From: Candidatus Humicultor tengchongensis
GTDB lineage: Bacteria; Sysuimicrobiota; Sysuimicrobiia; Sysuimicrobiales; Humicultoraceae
Length of the DNA: 64,000 nt
Assembly: GCA_031459715.1 (NCBI GenBank)
Contig: JAVKIA010000002.1
Span: 596-64,595 of the forward strand
Reading direction: 5' to 3'
The position numbers and the translations under genes were made by a program. Numbering within the stretch: the stretch's first letter is position 1; every line of letters begins with the position of its first letter. Under the pieces are notes generated by a model. That model saw only the letters and a program-made list of their open reading frames with translations, was not told the DNA's origin and ran no database searches. Below, piece after piece: positions 62,840 to 64,000 of this stretch.

Positions 62840-64000
62840 TCACTCCTCCCGCTGCAACCGCGCCCCCACCACCTGGCCCAGGGACAGGCCGCCGTCGTTG
62901 GGCGGAATGCGCTGGTGCCAGTAGGGGCGGAATCCCTCACCGCGCAGCCGCCGTACCGCCCGTTCCAGTAGGTAGGCATTCTGAAAGCAGCCGCCGGTGA
63001 GGAGGACACGTTCCTCCCCGATGCGGCGGGCTACGGCCAGCGTAGCCTCTACCAGCGCGTTGTGGAAGCGGGCGGAGATGAGCCCGGCAGGTGAGCCCCC
63101 GCCCTGGTCGTCGAGGACGGCCCGCACCATTGGCTCCCAGTCCAGGAGAAAAAGGAGCCGGCCGGCGGCGTCTGCGGACTCGGTCACCGGCAGGGGGTAG
63201 GCCTCCCGGGTGGTCACGCCGTCCAGCAGGAACTCCAGCTCCATCGCCGCCTGTCCCTCGAAGCTGCACCGCTGCCGGATCCCCAGAAGGGCCGCCATTG
63301 CATCGAAGAGGCGCCCCACGCTGGAGCAGGCCGGCGAGTTGACCCCGCGGGCCAGCATCTGCCGCAGCACCTGCCGTTGGGCTGCGGAGAACGAGGCGAC
63401 CGGAGCCAGGTGCACCATCTCCAGAGCGGGGTCACCGAAGGCAGCGTGGAGCAGGCCGACCGCCGTCCGCCGCGGCTCCCGCACCGCCTGCTCGCCACCC
63501 GGCAGGGGGAAGCGCCGGAAGGAGGCGACGCGGCTGAAGCCCTCCGCAGTCACCAGGAGGAACTCCCCGCCCCAGACCGTGCCGTCCATCCCGTCCCCGC
63601 TGCCGTCCCAGGCCACACCCAGGACAGGGCCGTCCAGCTCGTGCTCGGCCATGCAGGCCAGGACGTGCGCGTGGTGGTGCTGCACCCGCAGCAACGGCAG
63701 GCCCCAGCGCTCCGCGTGCTGCGTGGAGAGGTAGTCGGGATGCGCGTCGCAGGCCACAACGCGGGGCGGAGCCTGATAGAGGCGGGAGAAGTCAGCGATG
63801 ACCCTGATGAAGGCCTCGTAGGCCGGGGCGGTCTCCAGCGTGCCGATGTGCTGGCTGATGAAGACCTGCTCCCCCACTGCCAGGGCCACGGTGTTCTTCA
63901 GGTGGCCGCCTACGGCCAAGAGGGTCCCGTCTCCAGCAGCCGGGCCGCGCAGGGTCACGGGCAGAGGGGCGTAGCCGCGAGCCCGCCGCAGTAGCAGCGG
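62840..64000 (-). CDS. hypF: carbamoyltransferase HypF, C-terminal (Kae1/YgjD-like) part; gene continues upstream beyond the window end
   Basis: AVGGHLKNTVALAV...GGCFQNAYLLER... matches the HypF C-terminal domain. The ORF stays open to position 64000. Confidence 0.85.
   Translation of the reverse strand, partial: PLLLRRARGYAPLPVTLRGPAAGDGTLLAVGGHLKNTVALAVGEQVFISQHIGTLETAPAYEAFIRVIADFSRLYQAPPRVVACDAHPDYLSTQHAERWGLPLLRVQHHHAHVLACMAEHELDGPVLGVAWDGSGDGMDGTVWGGEFLLVTAEGFSRVASFRRFPLPGGEQAVREPRRTAVGLLHAAFGDPALEMVHLAPVASFSAAQRQVLRQMLARGVNSPACSSVGRLFDAMAALLGIRQRCSFEGQAAMELEFLLDGVTTREAYPLPVTESADAAGRLLFLLDWEPMVRAVLDDQGGGSPAGLISARFHNALVEATLAVARRIGEERVLLTGGCFQNAYLLERAVRRLRGEGFRPYWHQRIPPNDGGLSLGQVVGARLQREE

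Overview
This window reads as a high-GC bacterial chromosome segment from an anaerobe. It is densely packed and mostly transcribed on the + strand. Left to right the supportable genes are: a 5'-truncated EB_dh-like heme protein; small hypothetical proteins and an excisionase-family HTH protein; a pentaheme cytochrome c; two-subunit class I fumarase (alpha/beta); succinate dehydrogenase/fumarate reductase in the order sdhA-C-D-B; carbon starvation protein CstA; an ArsD-like/ArsA-like module in which the first ATPase has no cysteine at all, and which has no arsenic-resistance partners; a cytochrome bd-like membrane protein with a C-terminal heme c motif plus a partner membrane protein; a TrmO-like gene and a gene tentatively placed in the adenosine-specific-kinase family. 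The central ~30 kb is a complete Wood-Ljungdahl supercluster: cooC, cooS/acsA, acsB, acsC, the corrinoid reductive activator RACo, acsF, a DUF3786 gene, acsD, acsE, a MaoC-like gene, folC, metV, fhs, metF, a 1494-aa HdrA-like 'HdrL' fusion, mvhD, an HdrC/HdrB fusion, fchA, folD, a NuoE/NuoF fusion, and a selenocysteine formate dehydrogenase alpha subunit whose in-frame UGA and SECIS hairpin make the supplied ORF track split it in two. Downstream are a minor-pilin operon (three pseudopilins and a large PilX-like gene); a minus-strand sulfur-relay operon (HdrD/DsrK-like Fe-S protein, NarI/DsrM-like cytochrome b, TusA, DsrE-like) divergent from a two-cysteine CsoR/CstR-like repressor; a disrupted nine-heme cytochrome c; a secreted rhodanese; a histidine kinase with a CxxCH motif in its extracytoplasmic sensor domain plus a NarL-type response regulator; a Fur-family regulator and a bacterioferritin-like protein; an orphan AbrB/MazE-like gene in an AT-rich patch; and hypFCDE on the minus strand running off the window end. 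All family assignments come from reading motifs by eye; no database search or structure prediction was run.
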